Shown: piece by piece, positions 47,401 through 62,065 of the stretch | Layout: the number at the start of each line of letters is the position of its first letter | How positions within the stretch are numbered: position 1 is the first letter of the stretch | NCBI RefSeq assembly: GCF_963921235.1 | Contig: NC_086108.1 | Location: 78,742,001-78,806,000 of the forward strand | Length of the DNA: 64,000 bases | DNA from: Mobula hypostoma | Taxonomy: Eukaryota | Direction of reading: 5' to 3' | Position numbers and translations under genes: made by a program | Notes under the pieces: model-generated | What the model was told of the DNA's origin: nothing | Seen by the model: the letters and a program-made list of their open reading frames with translations, nothing else | Databases searched by the model: none

Positions 47401-48413
47401 AAAGGGATTCTTTTTGGATTTGCTGCTGAATACCAGTGACAGGAACCACTTCTTTTTATGTTATATGTCAATGATTTGGATGATGAAATTGATGGCTTTG
47501 TGGCCATGTTTGCAGACAATATGATGATAGGTGGAGGAGAAAGTAGTATTGAAGAAACAGAGAGGCCGCAGATGGACTTAGATAGATTCGGAGAATAGGC
47601 AACAAATTGGCAGATGGAATACAATGTCAGGAAGTGCACAGCCATGCATTTTGGTGGAAGGAATAAAAGCATAGACTATCATCTAAACAGGAGAAAATTT
47701 AAAACTCCAAAGTGCAAACGGATTTTGGAGTCCTCGTGTGGGATTCTGTAAAGGTTAACTTGCAGGTTGAACAGGTGGTGAAGAAAGCAAATGTAATGTC
47801 AGGATTCATTTCAAGAGGACTAAAATATAAAAGCAAAGATGTAATGCTGAGGCTGTATAAGGCACTGCTGAGGCTCACTTAGAGAACTGAGAGTGGTTTT
47901 GGGCCCCTTATTTAAGAAAGGATATGCTGATATTGGAGATGGTTCAGAGAAGGTCCATGAGAAAGATTCCGGGAATGAAAGGGTTATCATATTAGCAGTG
48001 ACTACAGGCTCTGGGCCTGTACTCGCTGGAATTTAGAAGAATGGAGGGGATCTCAATGAAACCTATTGAATGTTGAAAGGCCTAGATAGAGTGGATGTGA
48101 ACAGGATGTTTTCTCTAGTGGGGGCCTCTAGGATCACAGGGCACTGCCTTAAAATAGAGGGATGTCCATATAGAACAGAGATGAGCAGGGTGGTTTATCT
48201 ATGGAATTAATTGCCACAGGCAGATGTGGAGGCCAGGTCATTGGATACATTTGAGGCAGAGGTTGATAGGTTCTTGATTAGCCAGGGTGTAAAAGGTTAT
48301 GGGGAGAAGGCAGAAGAATGGGGTTGACAGGGAAATGAAATAGCTATGATGAAATGATGGAGCAGACTCAAAGGGCCAAATGGCCAATTTCTGTTCCTAT
48401 ATCTTATGGTCTA
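44415..48413 (+). mobile_element. Near full-length but heavily decayed CR1 LINE
   Basis: ORF1 VIGDSIVRG..CLPGTRVRDV..VHIGINNIG; ORF2 YLNAHSIRNK, ANVTPLFKKG, SCLTNLLEFFEE; tail atcttatggtct. Confidence 0.92.
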
Positions 48414-49436
48414 AAATCTGAACACCAAGCATTTTTCAACACACTACTTTCTGACCTTAGAATGGCGCTCAAGGACTGGGCTTCAGGTCTATATGTAATT
48501 TTTTTTTAAATGAGCTTGTTTACTGAACAGCTTGAAAAATATATTATTCCCAGAAGAATACTTTCACAGCACATCATTATTCTGCTATACAAGACTGAGC
48601 AGGATATCGCTTGTAGCTTTGTGCATCAGATGATCTCGGGTGTCACTGCCCTTCTCATTATACAGATTGCAGGTGCACATACTCCTCTCCTGTCAGAAAG
48701 CATTAATCAGTCACGGAACAAGCTGTTGGACCTATTCAACCTTTACTGGCCTGTAACCCTTCCTCTTCTTTACAAGGGAAGAACAGAAATAAAGAAAACT
48801 TTCATGGCTCTCTGCCTGCATGCAATGCACAAACCATCACAATACATTGCAACACCACATTCTATAACACTATAGTCTGCATCCTATCATTGCTTTTCCT
48901 TTGTATTACCTCGATGCACTGACGTGATGAAATGATCTGTATGGATGGCATGCAAAGCAAAGTCTTCCACTGTACCTCAGAGCATGTGACAATAAATACA
49001 CTAATTTACCATCTCATCCCCCTCAGTAGTCTGTTAGGAAACCACACTGGTGTTTCATATTCATTGGAACCCATGGAGATACAGGATTTCACGCAGTACG
49101 CAATCCCAGTCACTCATTTATTTCCTCTAACCTCGTCCCTCGTGGGACACACCACACACGGACAATCCACCCATCAACCACCTCCTCAACTGACAGTTGG
49201 CAGCAACCAGCCAACTTATAAACCAGTAAATCGTTGGGATGCAAAGCAGATGTAAAGTACCCAGGGGACGCCCTTTGGAGAAGGTGTAAACTCCACAAAG
49301 GACCATCCAACCAAAAATTTTTTAAAAAAAGAGGATTCTCCCCCTCTCTAATGAGACCACTGAAGCTACACTGAGAAAAACACTCCAAAGTTACTGGCAG
49401 CTTCACTACCCCAGGCAAACACAAGGCCAATAAGGA

Positions 49437-50063
49437 CAAAATAGACAATAGACAATAGGCAATAGGTGCAGGAGTAGGCCATTCGGCCCTTTGAGCCAGC
49501 ACTGCCATTCACTGTGATCATGGCTGATCATCCACAATCAGTACCCCGTTCCTGCCTTCTCCCCATATCCCTTGACTCTGCTATCATTAAGAGCTCTATC
49601 TAACTCTTTCTTGAAAGCGTCCAGAGAATTGGCCTCCACTGCCTTCTGAGGCAGAGCATTCCACAGATCCACAACTCTCTGGGCGAAAAAGTTTTTCCTC
49701 CTAAATGGCCTACCGCTTATTCTCAAATTGTGGCCTCTGGTTCTGGACTCCCCCAATATCGGGAACATGTTTCCTGCCCCTAGCATGTCCAATCCCTTAA
49801 TAATCTTATATGTTTCAATCAGATCCCCTCTCATCCTTCCAAATTCCAGTGTATACAAGCCCAGTTGCTCCAATCTTCCAACATATGACAGTCCTGCCAT
49901 TCCAGGAATTAACCTCATGAACCTCCGCTGCACTCCCTCAATAACAAGAATGCCCTTCCTCAAATTTGGAGACCAAAACTGTACACAATACTCTAGGTGG
50001 GGTCTCACCAGGACCCTGTACAACTGCAGAAGGACCTCTTTGCTCCTATACTCAATTCCCCTT
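49437..50063 (-). mobile_element. CR1 3' end
   Basis: ORF 49538-50101 RPHLEYCVQFWSP...GYGEKAG; (caatagac)n tail. Confidence 0.93.
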
Positions 50064-52034
50064 GAAAATAAAATAAACCACTGAAGAGACTTTGACATCA
50101 CACTCTAGTCAGAAGGCCATCCCGCTGATCAGCTGAGGGACTGACACAGTAAACAATGGGCAAGACCACCAGCAGTTGAAGCTCAAGGAACCAGGCTCAA
50201 GGCTTACTGACAAGTCAAATTAACAATGACATCTTTGTTGAAGAAGCAGGCCAACTTCCCATTTAAATAGTTCCAAATGTCAAGAATTACAGAAATTATC
50301 ATATTAAGCAAATCCAATATTAATATGCCTCTTTTCCTTTGGAAGATTGGCCACTTTGTATACAAGATGTAATCCTGTTTGAGCTGCTTCAAGATTCATT
50401 AGTGGCAGCTTGCTTTAGAATTGGACCACAGCAATGGCCGTGTGGGGGCTCACATTCATCATGCATGCACAGTTCCCGTGTTAATATCAGGAGATTATTT
50501 CCAACACCAGATTATTTAAATTGACTGCTAGGAACAGCAAAGCCATATGCTTCCATGCTCTCTACACCGCCCCCACTTCCTCTACCAGAGGAACAGATGG
50601 GTAACAAACTGGGCAAATTGCCGAGTCTTAAAATGATAATCCACCTTTCCAATAAAAAATACACTTCAGTCTGAACTTTCCAATTGGCCTCAAGTTCATA
50701 GACATACACCAGGACTGGGAAAGGAGCTGATTTGAAATTTGCAGTGTCAAGCGTTGCCAAGTGGAAATACCACTTGGTATAGAATTTGATTTGTTTATGT
50801 CAAAGTACTTTGGAGAACACAGAATAACTTGTTCACCTCCAGAAGGACAGAGTCCTCAATTTCTCACAGCTGCTGCAGGATATGCAGAAGGTAATCTGTG
50901 GAATATGAACCTCTTTGGCACAGAGCACTATAGGACCCAAAGAGCTGCCCAAGGCCAACTTCAACACACCATACAAGGCCACAAAATGCAAATGGCTTTC
51001 AGAGACAACCAAGATAAGCATTCCAAAAATGCACCTCTGTGGCAATCTGCCACTTTATAATAGCCTTTCTCCACAGGGCAGAAATATTTTAATTGCTTTC
51101 TTGCTTTCTCTAAATAACCAAGAGCTGCCACTCTTATCTTCAACAGGGAGTATTTGTTCATGCCCATCTTTGGATGCCATAACAGAGTTACTGCAACCAC
51201 CAGTCAGCCTCATCCCAATGATTTCATTTCATGCTCCCAGAAAGGTAGCAGTCATTTTGCACATATTCACTTCTCAGGAGAATATAACAACTAAAAGCAA
51301 AAGATGACAGGTGACAAACTTCTAACCTCTTAAACTCTCACCCACTTTGATTGTGTGGAGGCAAAAGTAGCATGCCATTTCAAAGCAGCAGAGTCATTGC
51401 AAGCCTGCCACTCCTACACTTTATTCTACGATAACACATTAAGTATCAGTAAAACAAATCATAAAAGCTGTACACCTTTACCAGTCAGCTTCGATTTTCA
51501 AAAAAGCCTTTCTAATCTCCTCAGCGTCAAAGGAAGGTACAGAATGTATTGAGCAACCCACCCAGTTTGTTCAGCAGTCCATCCAAGAACCAAAGCAGTT
51601 ACATTCACCTTGAGGGAAATTGAAATTTGAAACCTGGATATGGCAGTGTAACACTTATTAGAGCATGAGTGCACAGATTTAAGTGCTGGTGATACAAATG
51701 CAGACCTTTGCGAGGTCTACAATTGTACAGTCAGGCAAACACATTAAAATCCGCCTTAACATTTGTTACAAAAATGGTGTTAGTCGTCAGTCTGTATGGT
51801 ATGAATGCAAATAGCTAACTAAACACAAATCTAACATTTTTTCCAGGCTCAGGATTGTAGTGGGATTTTTTTTTGCCAACAAACATGAAGGAATTGAATG
51901 GCCAACACTGATACATCGCCAAGTTTAATGCTCAGGTGGCAACCTAGCCAAAGAACAAATACTTCTAACTTCTAATTTCTGTCACTTCATGTTGCTGAAA
52001 ACAGTTGAGATACTGTATCTTCAAAAACATATTC

Positions 52035-52447
52035 AGTTCATGTTGTTTAACACCTATATTAATGATTTAGATGATAATGTACGGAAACTGGTCAGCACAT
52101 TTATGGATGAGATTAAGACTGGGGCTGTAGTGGAGAGCGTGATTTTGACCAGCTGGAAAATTTGGGATGAAAAATGGCAGATGGAATTTAATGCAGACAA
52201 GTGTAAGGAGTTGCACTTTGCCGGACAAACTAGGATAAAATGTACTCAGTGAATGACTGGGCTCTGAGCTGTGCCACTGAAGAAAGCGAATACAAGTCCG
52301 TAATTCCTTGTGAGATGTTATGTTGAAATTGTATAAGACATTGGGTGAGGCTGAATTCGGAATGTTCTAAGTTCTGGTCACCTGCCTCCAGGAAAGATAC
52401 CAATAAGCTTGAAAGAGTGCAAAGAAAGTTTACAAGGATGGTGCCAC
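52035..52447 (+). mobile_element. Decayed CR1 RT fragment
   Basis: LFNTYINDLDD...FMDEIK...WQMEFNADKCKELHF. Confidence 0.8.
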
Positions 52448-54049
52448 TGTAACCCCCTTATTTCTTTTAATAACAAAGTTAAAAACTCTAACATACATGT
52501 CAACTAAGATTTCTCTTTCTTTAATGAACATCGATTCTGCTCAATGCAATTATTATTTCAGAATTTAGTTAACACCTTAACAATATTCTAACATTTTCCC
52601 CAATACGTACAAGGGAATTAACTTTGGAACTTCTGACAATTACTTTTTAATTATTTTCAGGCACAATTTTAACTGCTACCAAACATAATTCTCTAATAAA
52701 TAAACAAATTTTGGCTCATTACTTCATAATTGTGAGAAGTATCACTCAGTAGTGATAGTTACCAATGGGAATGGGTAGTTAAAATGACTAATTCTAAAAT
52801 AGTTGTTGCAATACAATTTGGCAAGTTGATTTTAAGTATCACTAATTATTTGGTGATAAATTCCAAACAGTTCCATCACAAGAATTTAAGATTAATTTAA
52901 GGCTCAAGTATTCATGGGTGTTTCTATTCAATATATTTGTCAGGATAACAATCTCAAATCTAGCAAGAAAGAGGCATGCCAACCCATCCACTGGCTTCCT
53001 TTATTGCAGAGTGAAGTTACACACATCAGAAATGACTGAACAGTTTTTAGTTCATTTTTTTCTGGAAGGTTAAGCCATAAAACCATTAAACATCCATACA
53101 GGCCCTTCAGCCCACAAGGTCTGCAGACATCATCAATTGCTCCTCCTCACTGATCTTATTTTATTCTTTTCACATTCAATCAAATCCACACACCTAAACA
53201 CTAGGGTCAATTTACAGAAGCCAATTAACCTTACGGATACAAGTGCAACATTTGAGAGGCATTTAGTCAATAATCAGGGAATTAGGCAGGGAACAGGGGG
53301 ATACAGACCATGCAGGAAGATGGGATTTGTTACATTTGGTATTATGGTTGGGGCAGACATGGTGGGCTAAGTTATATATTCTAGCAATATGCACGCTTTT
53401 GGGGCCTGGAAGGAAAACTGGAGCACCCAGAGGAAACCAGAATCAGATTTAATATCACCGGCATATATCATGAAGTCTGTTAACTTTATGACAGTAGTAC
53501 AATGGAATACATGATACATAAATATAGAGAAAAAACCTGAGTTACATTAAGTATATGTCTATTAAATAGTTAAATTAAAGTAAGTAGTGTAAAATAACAG
53601 GAATAAAAAAGCAGTGAGGTAGTGTCCATGGGTTCAATGTCCATTTAAAAAATGGGTGGCAGAGGATAAGAAGCTGTTCCTGAATCGCTGAGTGTGTGCC
53701 TTCAGGCTTCTGTACCTCCTTCCCGATGGTAACAGTGTCAAAAGGGCCTGTCCTGGGTGGTGGAGATCCTTAATGATGGATGCCACCTTCCTAGGGCACT
53801 GGTCCTTGAAGATGTGTTGGATGCTGTGGAGGCTAGTACCCATGATGGAGCTGACTAATTTTACAAGTTTCCGCAACTTATTTCAATCTTGTGCAGCAGC
53901 CCCACCGTACCAGACAGTGATGCAGCTAGTCAGAATGCTCTCCACAACACATTTGTAGAGGTTTTTGAGTGTTTTAGTTGAGAAACCAAATCTCCTCAAA
54001 CTCTTAATGAAACATAGCCGCTGTCTTGCCTTCTTTATAGCTGCATCAA

Positions 54050-55325
54050 TATAGACAGATAGAAACCTTATTGATCCCAAAGGATATTACAATGGCACAA
54101 TAGTATCACAAGTGCCCAGATATAAATATTAGAAGAGAAGTATAAAGAATAAAAAATAGGTTATCACAAACAGTCTAACAGGAGAGGGTCATCTTTTCCC
54201 CACCTTTAGGTTGACTCATTATAAAGCCTAGTGGCCAAGGGTAAGAACAACCTCATATAGCGCTCTTTGGAGCAGCACAGTTGTCTTAATCTATTACTAA
54301 AATGAGTTCCTCTGTTCAGCCAAGGTGGCATGCAGAGGGTGAGAAACATTGTCCAGAATTGCCAGGATTTTCCATAGGGTCCTTTGTTCTACCACAGCCT
54401 CCAGTGTGTCCAGTTTGACTCCTATATTTTCTAATACCTATCTAATCAGTCTATTGAGCCTTTCTAATCAGTTTATTGAGTCTGTTGGCATCACCCATGT
54501 TGATGCCACTGCCTCAGCACACCACCGCATAGAACATTGTACTATGACAACAGACTGTTAGAATATGTGAAAGAGAGGCCTGCACACTCTCAGGAAGTAG
54601 AGACAACTCTGGCCCTTCTTATACGCATCCTCTGTGTTGGTGCTCCACTCAAGTCTGTCATCCAGATGCACCCCCAGGTACTTGTAGGTCCTCACCACAT
54701 CCACACCCTCACCATCAATAGTAACAAGGAGCAATGCAGGCTCAGTCTTCCTAAAGTCCATCACCAATTCCTTTGTCTTACTAATGTTGAGCTGCAGATG
54801 ATTCAGCTTGCACCATTTGACAAAGTCTTCCACCAAGGCCCTGCTTTCATCCTCCCGTCCTCCATTTACACACCCAACTATTGCTGAGTCATCAGAGAAT
54901 TTCTGCAAACATGACGCAATGTTGTATCTAAAATCTGCGATATATAGGGTAAACAGGAAGGGAACCAATACAGTCCCCTGTGCTTCTTATAGCCATGTCT
55001 GGCACAAAGTTCCGAAGCTGCACATACTGTGGTCTGCCAGTCAGGTAGTCTATTATCCAGGATACAATGGAAGTGCCATCCTTCATTGAACAGAGCTTTT
55101 CCCCCAGCAATGAGGACTGTATGCTATTGAAGGCACTTGAGAAATCAAAACAAAAACATGTGTTGACCTGCTTATCCAAATGGGAGTAGGCTCTGTTCAG
55201 CAGGTAGTTGACAGTATCATCAACTCCAATGTCTTCCTGGTAGGCAAACTACAGGGAATCAAGCACTAATCTGACAAAGGGTCAGAGGTATGCAAGGACC
55301 AGCCTCTCTAGGGTCTTCATTTTGT
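54050..55325 (-). mobile_element. Second Rex1/Babar subfamily nested in the first
   Basis: FDFSSAFNSIQ, PFLFTLYIAD...KFSDDSAIVG...LNISKTKELVMDFR; (gata)n-like tail. Confidence 0.9.
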
Positions 55326-55399
55326 CTATACATTGCGTCTAGGTTAGGTTCTCAGAGATACTGACACCCAGGAACTTGAAATTGCTCATTCTCTCCACT

Positions 55400-55772
55400 T
55401 CAAAGGTTTCAAAGGTACATTTAATATCAGAGAAACGTATACAATATACATCCTGAAATTCTTTTTCTTTGCAACCATCCACACAAACAGAGGAGTGCCC
55501 CCAAAGAAGGAATGACAGTTAAATGTTAGAACCCCAAAGCCCCCCTCAGCTCCCCCCCTCCCATGCATAAGCAGCAGCAAAGCAATGATCCCCCTCCCCC
55601 ACCAGCAAAAAAAAGCATCGGCGCCCCCCCCCCACACAGCACTCAAGCATGCAGCAAAGCATCTATAAAGACACAGACTTGCAGTACCCCAAAGACTATT
55701 CATTCACCCGGTAATTCGACATACCACAGGCTCTCTCCCTGTCTCCCTAATAAGGGAAAAATAAGTGTCTCC
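55400..55772 (-). mobile_element. Retroelement 3' end with a (tcaaaggtt)n tail, nested in Rex1
   Basis: Splits the Rex1 sequence tctctccact|...|tgatccctctatg. Confidence 0.7.
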
Positions 55773-56759
55773 ATGATCCCTCTATGCAGATGTTCCCTCA
55801 TCTCACCCTTCCTGAAATCCACAATCAGCTCTTTGGTCTTGCTGACGTCGAGTACAAAGCTACTGCTGCAACAGCGCTAAACTAACTGGTATATCTCGCT
55901 CTTGTACGCCCTCTCGTCACCATCTCAAACTCTGCCAACAATGGTTGTATCATCAGCAGATTTACAGATGCTGTCTGAGCTATGCCTTGCTGCACAATTG
56001 TGGGTGTAGAGAGAGTAGAGCAGTGAAGTGCCAGTATTCATTGCTACCGAGGTAGAGATGCCATTTCCAAACCGCAGACTGAGGTCTTCTGGTTGGGAAG
56101 TTGAGGATCCAGTTGCAGACAGATAAGCTTTTCCATCAGAACTAAAGGAATGATGGTGTTAAATGCTGAGCTATAGTCAACATACAGCATCCTGACATAG
56201 GTATTTGCATTATCTAGGTCATGCAAGACTGCGTGATCCAATCCTCTTGGTCATGGAGAAAATATGCAAATAAACACACCGCACTCAAGGTCAAAATCAA
56301 CCCCAGGATACTTGAGCTGCAGGGCAGCAGCTCATCGAACCAACAGGTGGACTGAAATCCTGATACTACCGACAGGTATGATAGAGTACATATCGAGCAT
56401 GTTTCAAGACCAAAACTATGAGCTACACCTCTAACAGACTACTGAGGAGAGACCTGTACCAGTGATTGGTTAGAACATAGAACTCCCATCAGGAATAGTA
56501 AAGCAAACTAGAATAGGGAAGTTCAATTGGGAATGGGAATAAACGACTGCCAGAGAGAATGAGAAGAGGCTGGAATGAAGCATCAAATTCATCAGGACCA
56601 GCTGACTCAAAGAGTCTGTTGTAATGTGCAGTCAATATTATTGCTCAGTACATTCTTACAAAAAGCAGATATTGGGGGATATTTGATATATATGCAAACA
56701 ATGCCACACATTAGTTAATAGTAGAATAACCTACTAAAAGATAAATTTAAACTATTAAG

Positions 56760-58165
56760 AATCAGAATCAGGTTTATTATAACTAGCATATGCCATAATA
56801 TTGCTTGTTTTGTGGCAGCACTACATTGTAATATATAATAAACTATCAGTTAAAATAAGAAATCCAGTATATTTTTTAAAAAATAATTTAAATAAAGAGT
56901 GCAAAAAGGCGGCAAAAAATATTGGGGTAGTGTACATGGATTCATTGTCCAATCAGAAATCTGATGGCGGAAGGGAAGAAGCTGTTCCAAAAGCGTTGAG
57001 TATGTCTCCTGAGGCCCCAATACCTCTTCCTTGATGGTAGCAATGAGAAAAGAGCATGTCCCAGCTGATGGGGGTCCATAACGATACATGCCAACTTTTT
57101 GAGTCATCGCCTTTTTAAAGATGTCCTCAATGCTGGATACGCTAGTGGCCAAGATGGAGCTGGTTGAGTTCACAACTTTCTGCAGCTTTTTCCGATCCTG
57201 TGCATTTGCCCGTCCAGACCAGATGACGATGATGCAACCAATTAGAATGCTCTGCATCGTATTTCAGTAGAAATTGATGAGCATCTTTGGTGTCACATCA
57301 AGTCTCCTCAAACTCCTGATGAAATATAGCTGTTGTCCTGCCTTCTTTGTAATCGCATCAATATGTTGTGCCCAGGATAGATCTTCAGAGATATTGACAG
57401 CCCGGAACTTGAAACTACACATCATTTCCACTGCTGACCCCTCAGTGAAGACTGGTGTGTGGTCCCTTAACTTCCCCTTCCTGAAGTCCACAATCAATTC
57501 CTTAGTCTTGCTGACATTGAGTGCAATGTTGTTATTATGACATCACTCAACCAGCTGATCTATCCTTAGATCACGCCTCCTCATCACCATCTGAAATTCT
57601 GCCAAGGGCTGTGTCACCAGCAGTTTTATAGATGGCGTTTGGCTGTGCCTAGCCACACAGATGTGAGCGCAGAAAGAGTAGTGCAGTGGGCGAAGCACAC
57701 ATTCTTGAGGTAGATTGCGTTGATTGTCAGCAAAGAGGGGATGTTATTCCTGATCCACACTGATTGTAGTCTCCTGATGAGGTACAAGAGCCCAGATTTT
57801 GGAATTTATTGATTAGTACAGAGGGTGTGATGGTGTCGAGCGCGGAGTTGCAATCAACAAGCAGCAGCTTGACGTAGGTATTGCTATTGTCCGGTTGATC
57901 AAAGGCCGAGTGGAGAACCAGTGAGATTGTTTCTGTCGCAGATCTGTGGTGATAGGCAAATTGCAGTGAATTCAGGTTCTTCCTTAGGCGGGAGCTGAGT
58001 TTGGCCACGACCAACCTCTCAAAGTGCTTCATCGCAGTAGATACGAGTGCCACTGGGCGACAGTCATTGAAGCAGCTCATCCTGCTCTTCTTGGACACTG
58101 GTATAATTGTCGTCCTTTTGAAGCAGTTAGAAACTACCGACTGTAGCAGTGAGACATTGAAAATA
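56760..58165 (-). mobile_element. Rex1/Babar LINE 3' half
   Basis: CFNDCRPVALVSTAMKHFERLV, IVDFRKG, ITKKAGQQLYFIRSLRR; atcagaatcag tail. Confidence 0.9.
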
Positions 58166-59654
58166 CTTCTTGGGTCACTGAAATCTCTGCTTATCGGTCA
58201 TTCCCCTGAATAACAGAGGAATTTATGAGTAGTTCTAACAGCCAAGAAGAACTAACAATGCAAAGAAGGTAAAGGCTGACAGGCTATTATATTTGTCACA
58301 TCTTCAAAGAATCACTGAAGAATAACTGAATGTTTCCCAAAGCCAGTGAATGAGGAAACGTTCCAAATACTTATAGCTTCCAGGTCAAAGTCATCAATTT
58401 GGAGCACAGCAAATAAAAATTGATGTTTTTTAGTTCTTCAATGCAGTTTATGCACAGCCCTGTGAATGGCCAAGGAAAAGCTCAGAGAAAATGAGGAAAT
58501 GGAAAGCAAATATTTAAGAAGTGCTTAGGTCATATAGGGCTTACAACTGTCTTGCGATAATTAACAAAATGAAATAGAACTGGCAAGGGGTTGATGTGTA
58601 GAGCCAACTGTGAAGGTCAGCACAAAATGACACTCAGCAACAAATAATATGTAACAAAAGGAGAATGTTAACCCTGTCTGAATAATGCTACTGGAAATCA
58701 AATCAAATGTAATTAAGGAACATTAATAAAGATAATGATTAACCCAATTCCCTCCCCATTCCAACTATTGCTTGCACATTTATTTTCAATTCTGTCCAAT
58801 TCCTGACTAATAGAACTGATAATTAAGCAGTGTCCCACTGAACGATTCAATGACAATCTCTTACTATTGGACTCAATGCCTTTCCAACAAAACTTCAAAC
58901 CTTATTACACCTTACATTAAATCTTCTATATAAATGGAGTTTTTTCTAATCAATGTTGCAGTGTATTTCTGGTGGGTTTCCCCTGCTCTTTAAATTCTTA
59001 CATTACTGACAAAGAAACTTTGTGTTTTAAGTTTGAGATGATTTTTTTGTTGCTCCTGTTGCCTGCAGTAATGATATTTTGTAGTTGAAATAATGTCAAA
59101 AGTCATATTGATTTTCTTTACAACAATCAGACCATGAACTTGAAATGCAATTTGAAAATAAAAAAATCCATTAGTTGTCACTGTTAGTCAACTGCGCCTA
59201 TAACAATCATTTAGAATACAAACCAATTAATTCCTCTCTCAGATTATGAAGATGCCAAATCGATATCTTTGTGTATGTTTTCCTCTCATGATATATTGGT
59301 GTATCAAGGGAAAGCAAGGTGGCTCTGAGGGATGAAGGAACAGACGCTGACAGGCCTAGATGTAACATGATGGGAGGAACCTTGTACAAGGTATAAAAAG
59401 CAGCTTAGCGTTATTTCCTAGTGGATTTGAACAGTGTAGTGAACTGAAACAAGAACCTTGTTAATTCTCCAACAATGCTGGACTCCACACAGGTCTGGAA
59501 GCAAGCTGAACACACTGTGTGAAGGATAGCAAAATTAGAAGCAAAACGCAACTAATTGTATTTTGCAGAGCACAATCTTGTTGGGATTCTGTGGCATTCT
59601 ACTGAGAAAATAGTCAGTACCCCCGTTGTATTCTCTCCAGTTAACTTTTACCTG

Positions 59655-60420
59655 ACGTTTCAAGTACATTTATCATCAAAATAATGTACATTGTATACAA
59701 CCTCGAGATTTGTCTTCTTGCAGGCAGCCACAAAACAAAGAAACAGAATAGAACCCATTTAAAAACTCATATAACAAAGATCGTTGAACGCCCAATGTAT
59801 GAAAAAAGAACAAATCATGCAAACAATAAAAAAGTAGACTAATAATGTGGAGGAATTTCTTTCGCCAGAGAGTGGTGAATCTGTGGAGGACAAGTCTATA
59901 AGTGTATTTAAGGCAGCTGCAGAGTCAGCCCAGTGCTGAAGTGAATAAACCTGGCAGAGTAGTGAGCGGAATACTAGTTTATCCCTTGCTCTGGTCTTGA
60001 TACCTTGGTTAAATCACAGAAATAGTTTTTTAAAAAGTTAACAAAAACACAAGGAACATGAACTGCAGAGTGAGTACGTGAGTCCACAGCCATGGAGACG
60101 ATTCAGCACCAAGGCGAGTGAAGCCTGTCCAGAAACCTGATGGCTACAGGGCAACAGCTGTTCTCAGGCCTACCGGCATGGGACCCAAGAGCCCTACAAC
60201 TCCCCCCTGATAGTAGTAAAGAGAAAAGTGGGACACTGGTCAACTGTAGATGGCACTGAACACTTGTTGGCTTTCCACTCTCATCCTCAACGGTTTTGAT
60301 CTTGCTCAACCCTTCAAGCGGCACAGCTCACCAGGCCTCGATGCAGAGTCCACCCTCCAGCGATGGCCACCTTGGCCGTACCTGCATCCTCGAGAATCCA
60401 GTTCGCTGAATCCCCCAGGA
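59655..60420 (-). mobile_element. Decayed composite retroelement tails (Rex1-like, with a short CR1 piece at about 59848-59915)
   Basis: tttcaagtacatttatcatcaaa tail (recurs at about 61265); aaacctgatggctacagggcaacagctgttc. Confidence 0.5.
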
Positions 60421-61699
60421 GCTTAGTTGTCAAGTCTTCCTGAATTTCACTAGGGCTGTTTTTGACCTGGAGTCATCATTTACACTATGCTCTGAAATCT
60501 TTCCAAAGAATCATTCTCTTGAAGGTATACTTCATAGAATTTTAGTCAATATTCCAAGAAATTACAGTGAAATCTCCAAATGCCACAGCAAAAACAAAAG
60601 GAGGATTATGGGCTGTGTATCATGGAGTAGGTTTATATGGGTCAGCACAACATTGTGGGCCAAAAGGTCTAGACTGTGCTGTATTGTTCTTTGTTCACCC
60701 CATAACAAGAAGAAAGGCAATGAAAGCCCAATGAAGCATCCACTCATTGGTTTTGGGGAATAATTTTAGTTCATGGCCCTGACCTTGAGTTTGAAAGAGG
60801 TTTAGGTCTACCATTACTAAGCAAGGAATTTACAATCTCACCTCTCAATTTACTCCACATTTGGCATGCTACTGACTCAAGACAATGAAAAGAGAACATA
60901 ACATTTCAAGTGACACCACAGCAGATACAATGCATCAAGCTCACAACTCGCTTGAAGAACAGTGAAGAGCAAAGGGGTGCAAATCAGCCTGTAGTTTCCA
61001 CTTAAGCCAATAATGTACTCAAGCTTCCTGTCGCTCATATTCCTATTCATTCTCTGTTGTGAGGAATGCTACACATCATTTGCATCCTGTCAATGCCTGA
61101 TGTTACAGTGGTGACCACACACTTGCCATGCAAACTATTGGTAAATCTACATTCTGAGTTCCAGAATGCAAGATGCTCAAGGTGAGCTTCAAATCATTTA
61201 CTTAACAGTTCAATTCACATTGGTGGAAGAGAATATTGTAAAGATCCAAGAAAAATTGTTAGCTCAAAGTTCAAAGTAAACTTATTATCAAAGTGCATGT
61301 ATGTCACCATATTCTATCTGAAGATTCAATTTCTTGCAGGCATTTACAGTAGAACAAAGAAATACAAGAGAATCAATGAAACACTACATACAAATGACTA
61401 ACAGCCAATGTACAAATACAAATAATAATAAGTAAATAAATAATATTGAGTAATCCTGGTAGTATTATCAGGAAAATTACAAAATAACAGCAATGAAGAA
61501 AATAATTCCACTGCAGTGAAACAAAACAGCCAAACCAAATTGCTTGGATTCTAGTCTATGAATGAATGGAAGTAGATGAAGCTTGGAACATTTTGTTTGG
61601 TTATCCAAAGTTCTTTTGATCCTTGAACTATATCTTCTCCTACTACAATTTTAAAAAAGAAACCAGGGAACCTAGGAATTTATTTTAAGAATTAACCAC

Positions 61700-61960
61700 T
61701 TCCTTGAGGGTCTGGATTCATACATACTGTAAGTCAGAGCAGGTAAGCATGACAGATTTTCTTCCCTAGAGTGTATTAGCAAACCAGATGGAAATTTTAA
61801 TGACAATCCCAGTGGCATCATGTTCACTATTACTGAGACAGGATTTTTTTTTTAACATGTTCAGATTATTTAAACAATTTCAACCCTCCACCCCCACCCA
61901 GCTGCTACAAATCTCTCCAGGCCTTTGGAGTGCCAATCCAGTAATTTAACCACTACACCA
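61700..61960 (-). mobile_element. Old tRNA-derived SINE (chondrichthyan type)
   Basis: cagattttcttccctagagtgtattagcaaaccagatgg body; ccagtaatttaaccactacacca is a tRNA-like head on the minus strand. Confidence 0.6.
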
Positions 61961-62065
61961 TAATTCTCATTGATGTCCACTGTCACAAGAATCAACTTAT
62001 CTCACTTGCACCACATCACGGGATCTTGCTGAAGAATCACAAACAAGCTTTAAGTCTGGTGTTAC

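Larger units (their letters stand above)
53439..56240 (-). mobile_element. Rex1/Babar LINE 3' half, itself interrupted twice
   Basis: [45 protein letters not shown]; agaatcag tail. Confidence 0.9.
53075..56335 (-). mobile_element. HE1/V-SINE-like SINE split by a nested LINE cluster
   Basis: SINE core stops at ggagcacccagaggaaacc (about 53438) and resumes at about 56240 with tggtcatggagaaaatatgcaaa. Confidence 0.65.
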
